Assembly: GCA_001767525.1 (NCBI GenBank) | Contig: MELF01000029.1 | Span: forward strand, 25,500 to 89,499 | Source: Acidobacteria bacterium RIFCSPLOWO2_12_FULL_68_19 | Lineage (GTDB): Bacteria; Acidobacteriota; Vicinamibacteria; Vicinamibacterales; UBA2999 | Direction: 5' to 3' | Length of the DNA: 64,000 nt | Shown here: piece after piece, positions 62,238 through 64,000 of the stretch | Layout of the letters: each line of letters begins with the position of its first letter | Numbering within the stretch: position 1 is the first letter of the stretch | The notes under the pieces: model-generated | Database searches by the model: none | What the model saw: only the letters and a program-made list of their open reading frames with translations | What the model was told of the DNA's origin: nothing | Made by a program: the position numbers and the translations under genes

Positions 62238-64000
62238 ATGGGTCCGGTGGCGCTCGTGCCGGCGGTGGCGCTCGGCGCAGGCGCGGCATGTGCGCTCGTC
62301 ACCGATCGCGTCGCGACGGCGGGATGGGTCCTCGCTGCGCTGACCCTTGCCGGCTGGATCTCGTGGCGCTTCCATCAGCGCCTTACGATGCTCGTCCTGG
62401 CGGCGGGATTCTTCTGCGCGTCAGCGGCGCTCGGCGTCGGCGCCCGCAGTGCGGCACTGCACACGCCACTCCGGGCGGTGCTCAACCGGGAGATCGGCGA
62501 CTTCGACCTGGACACGATCGGACCGGGTGCGCGCCACGACCCGATGCGTGTCCGGGCGTTGCTCGTCGAGGACGCCTCACGCGAAGCCGGCTTCATCGCC
62601 CTGCGCGCGCGCGTCACCGCGATCGGGACGTCCGGCGGATGGGAGCCGGCAGAGGGAGGTGTGACGCTGGCGGTTGGCGGCACGGCGACCCACGCGGACA
62701 CGTGGCGCGCAGGCCGCACGGTCGAGACGTTTGCGACATTCCGCCGGCCGGCGCAGTACCTGAACGACGGCGTGCCCGATGTCGAGCGCCAGCTCGCGCT
62801 CGACGGGACGACGCTCTTCGGGTCGGTCAAGAGCGCGCTGCTCGTCGACGTGGTGGCGCGCGGCACCCCGATCGAGGAAGCGGCGGCCGAGGTGCGCCAG
62901 CACGCGCGGCGCAGCATCGAGCGCCACGTGGCGCCCCACGGCGCCGTGTCGGCAGCCATCGTGGCGGCGGTGCTCATTGGCGATCGGACCGGTCTTCCCG
63001 ACCCGATCCGGCTGCGGCTCCAGGCGGCCGGGACCTATCATGTCATCGCCATTTCCGGCGGCAACATCGCGATCCTTGCCGCGCTCGTCGTCCTCGCGCT
63101 CCGGGTGTTCGGCATCAGCGGACGTCCAACGGCGTGCCTGACGCTGCTGCTCCTCGGGGCCTACGCCCAGGTCGTCACGACGAGCCCATCGGTGTGGCGG
63201 GCGACGCTGATGGCGGGGCTGTATTTCGCGGCGCGGCTCGCCGGCCATCGCAGTCCTCCGTGGCAGGCGGTGGGCATGGCGGCCGCGCTGGTTGTCTGCG
63301 CGCGGCCGCTCGAGGTCCGCAGCGCCGGCTTCCTCCTCACGTTCGGCGCGACGGCGGCGCTGCTCGAGACGGCACGGCGGGCGTCGGCGGCCGGTACGCG
63401 CCACCGCGTCGCCGCCTGGGTTCTCGCATCGATCTCCGCCTCGCTGGCTGTCGAGCTCGTGCTGCTGCCGGTCAACGCCTCGACGTTCTCGCGCGTCACG
63501 GCGGCCGGGCTCGCACTGAATCTGGCCGCGGTGCCGCTGATGGGCGTGGTGCAGATCGGCGGGGTGCTTGTCGCCGCGCTCGACCGCGTCGATCTGGTGG
63601 CCGCGCCGGCGGGATGGGTGGCGCACGCCGCGGCATCGGCGCTCGTCGCGAGCGCGCGGTTGGTGGAGATTGCGCCGTGGCTCGTCGTGCGCGTGCCGCC
63701 CCCGCCGGCCGCGCTGATTGGCGCCTACTACCTTGGCCTCGGCGTGGCGCTCGCCGGCCGCGGCGCGGTCCCTCTGGCCGGGGTGACGGCCGTGGCGGCG
63801 GCGGCCGTCGCGATCGTCAGCGGGCAGCCCGCGGGCTGGCTCCGCGAGGACCATGCCGCGTCCATCCTGCGGGTGACGGCGTTCGACGTGGGGCAGGGCG
63901 ATGCGACGCTGGTGCAGCTTCCTGGCGGTTCGGCGCTGCTCGTCGACGCGGGCGGCCTCCCGTTCGGTGGCGGCAGCTTCGATGTCGGCAGCCGGGTGCT
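62238..64000 (+). CDS. comEC: ComEC/Rec2 DNA uptake channel, 3'-partial
   Basis: Not in the ORF track because it runs off the window. In-frame AGTYHVIAISGGNIA at about 63027 and VTAFDVGQGDAT metallo-beta-lactamase start near 63870. Confidence 0.92.
   Translation, partial: MGPVALVPAVALGAGAACALVTDRVATAGWVLAALTLAGWISWRFHQRLTMLVLAAGFFCASAALGVGARSAALHTPLRAVLNREIGDFDLDTIGPGARHDPMRVRALLVEDASREAGFIALRARVTAIGTSGGWEPAEGGVTLAVGGTATHADTWRAGRTVETFATFRRPAQYLNDGVPDVERQLALDGTTLFGSVKSALLVDVVARGTPIEEAAAEVRQHARRSIERHVAPHGAVSAAIVAAVLIGDRTGLPDPIRLRLQAAGTYHVIAISGGNIAILAALVVLALRVFGISGRPTACLTLLLLGAYAQVVTTSPSVWRATLMAGLYFAARLAGHRSPPWQAVGMAAALVVCARPLEVRSAGFLLTFGATAALLETARRASAAGTRHRVAAWVLASISASLAVELVLLPVNASTFSRVTAAGLALNLAAVPLMGVVQIGGVLVAALDRVDLVAAPAGWVAHAAASALVASARLVEIAPWLVVRVPPPPAALIGAYYLGLGVALAGRGAVPLAGVTAVAAAAVAIVSGQPAGWLREDHAASILRVTAFDVGQGDATLVQLPGGSALLVDAGGLPFGGGSFDVGSRV

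Overview
High-GC (about 70% by eye) bacterial chromosome segment. Gene order, protein families and intergenic repeat style suggest Acidobacteriota, probably Vicinamibacteria (inference). The backbone is housekeeping: yceD-rpmF-plsX-fabD-fabG-acpP-fabF, etfB-etfA-ETF:QO, leuS-lptE, holA, rpsT, alaS-recX-pilT-ilvE, hrcA-grpE-dnaJ-prmA, rsmE, a class A PBP, bshC, carAB and a partial comEC. About 13 kb of accessory DNA separates lptE from holA. Its first part encodes an exported beta-propeller, a signal-peptide-bearing HpcH aldolase and a Tat-exported PaoABC-like molybdoenzyme. Its lower-GC part encodes a roughly 1,210 aa secreted CUB-like/FN3-like repeat protein ending in a caspase-like His/Cys (DUF6345-like) domain, a coupled partner gene, and a frameshifted gene. 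Other highlights: several families of microsatellite-armed intergenic hairpins, some translated into proteins; a GTAG-type REP with one copy in-frame inside ETF:QO; a Ser/Thr kinase whose zinc-ribbon tail lies behind an in-frame TAG; and a phosphorelay cluster with a stand-alone HisKA mini-protein and no complete kinase. No rRNA, tRNA, CRISPR array, integrase or transposase was recognised. Family assignments come from motif recognition by eye, not database searches.
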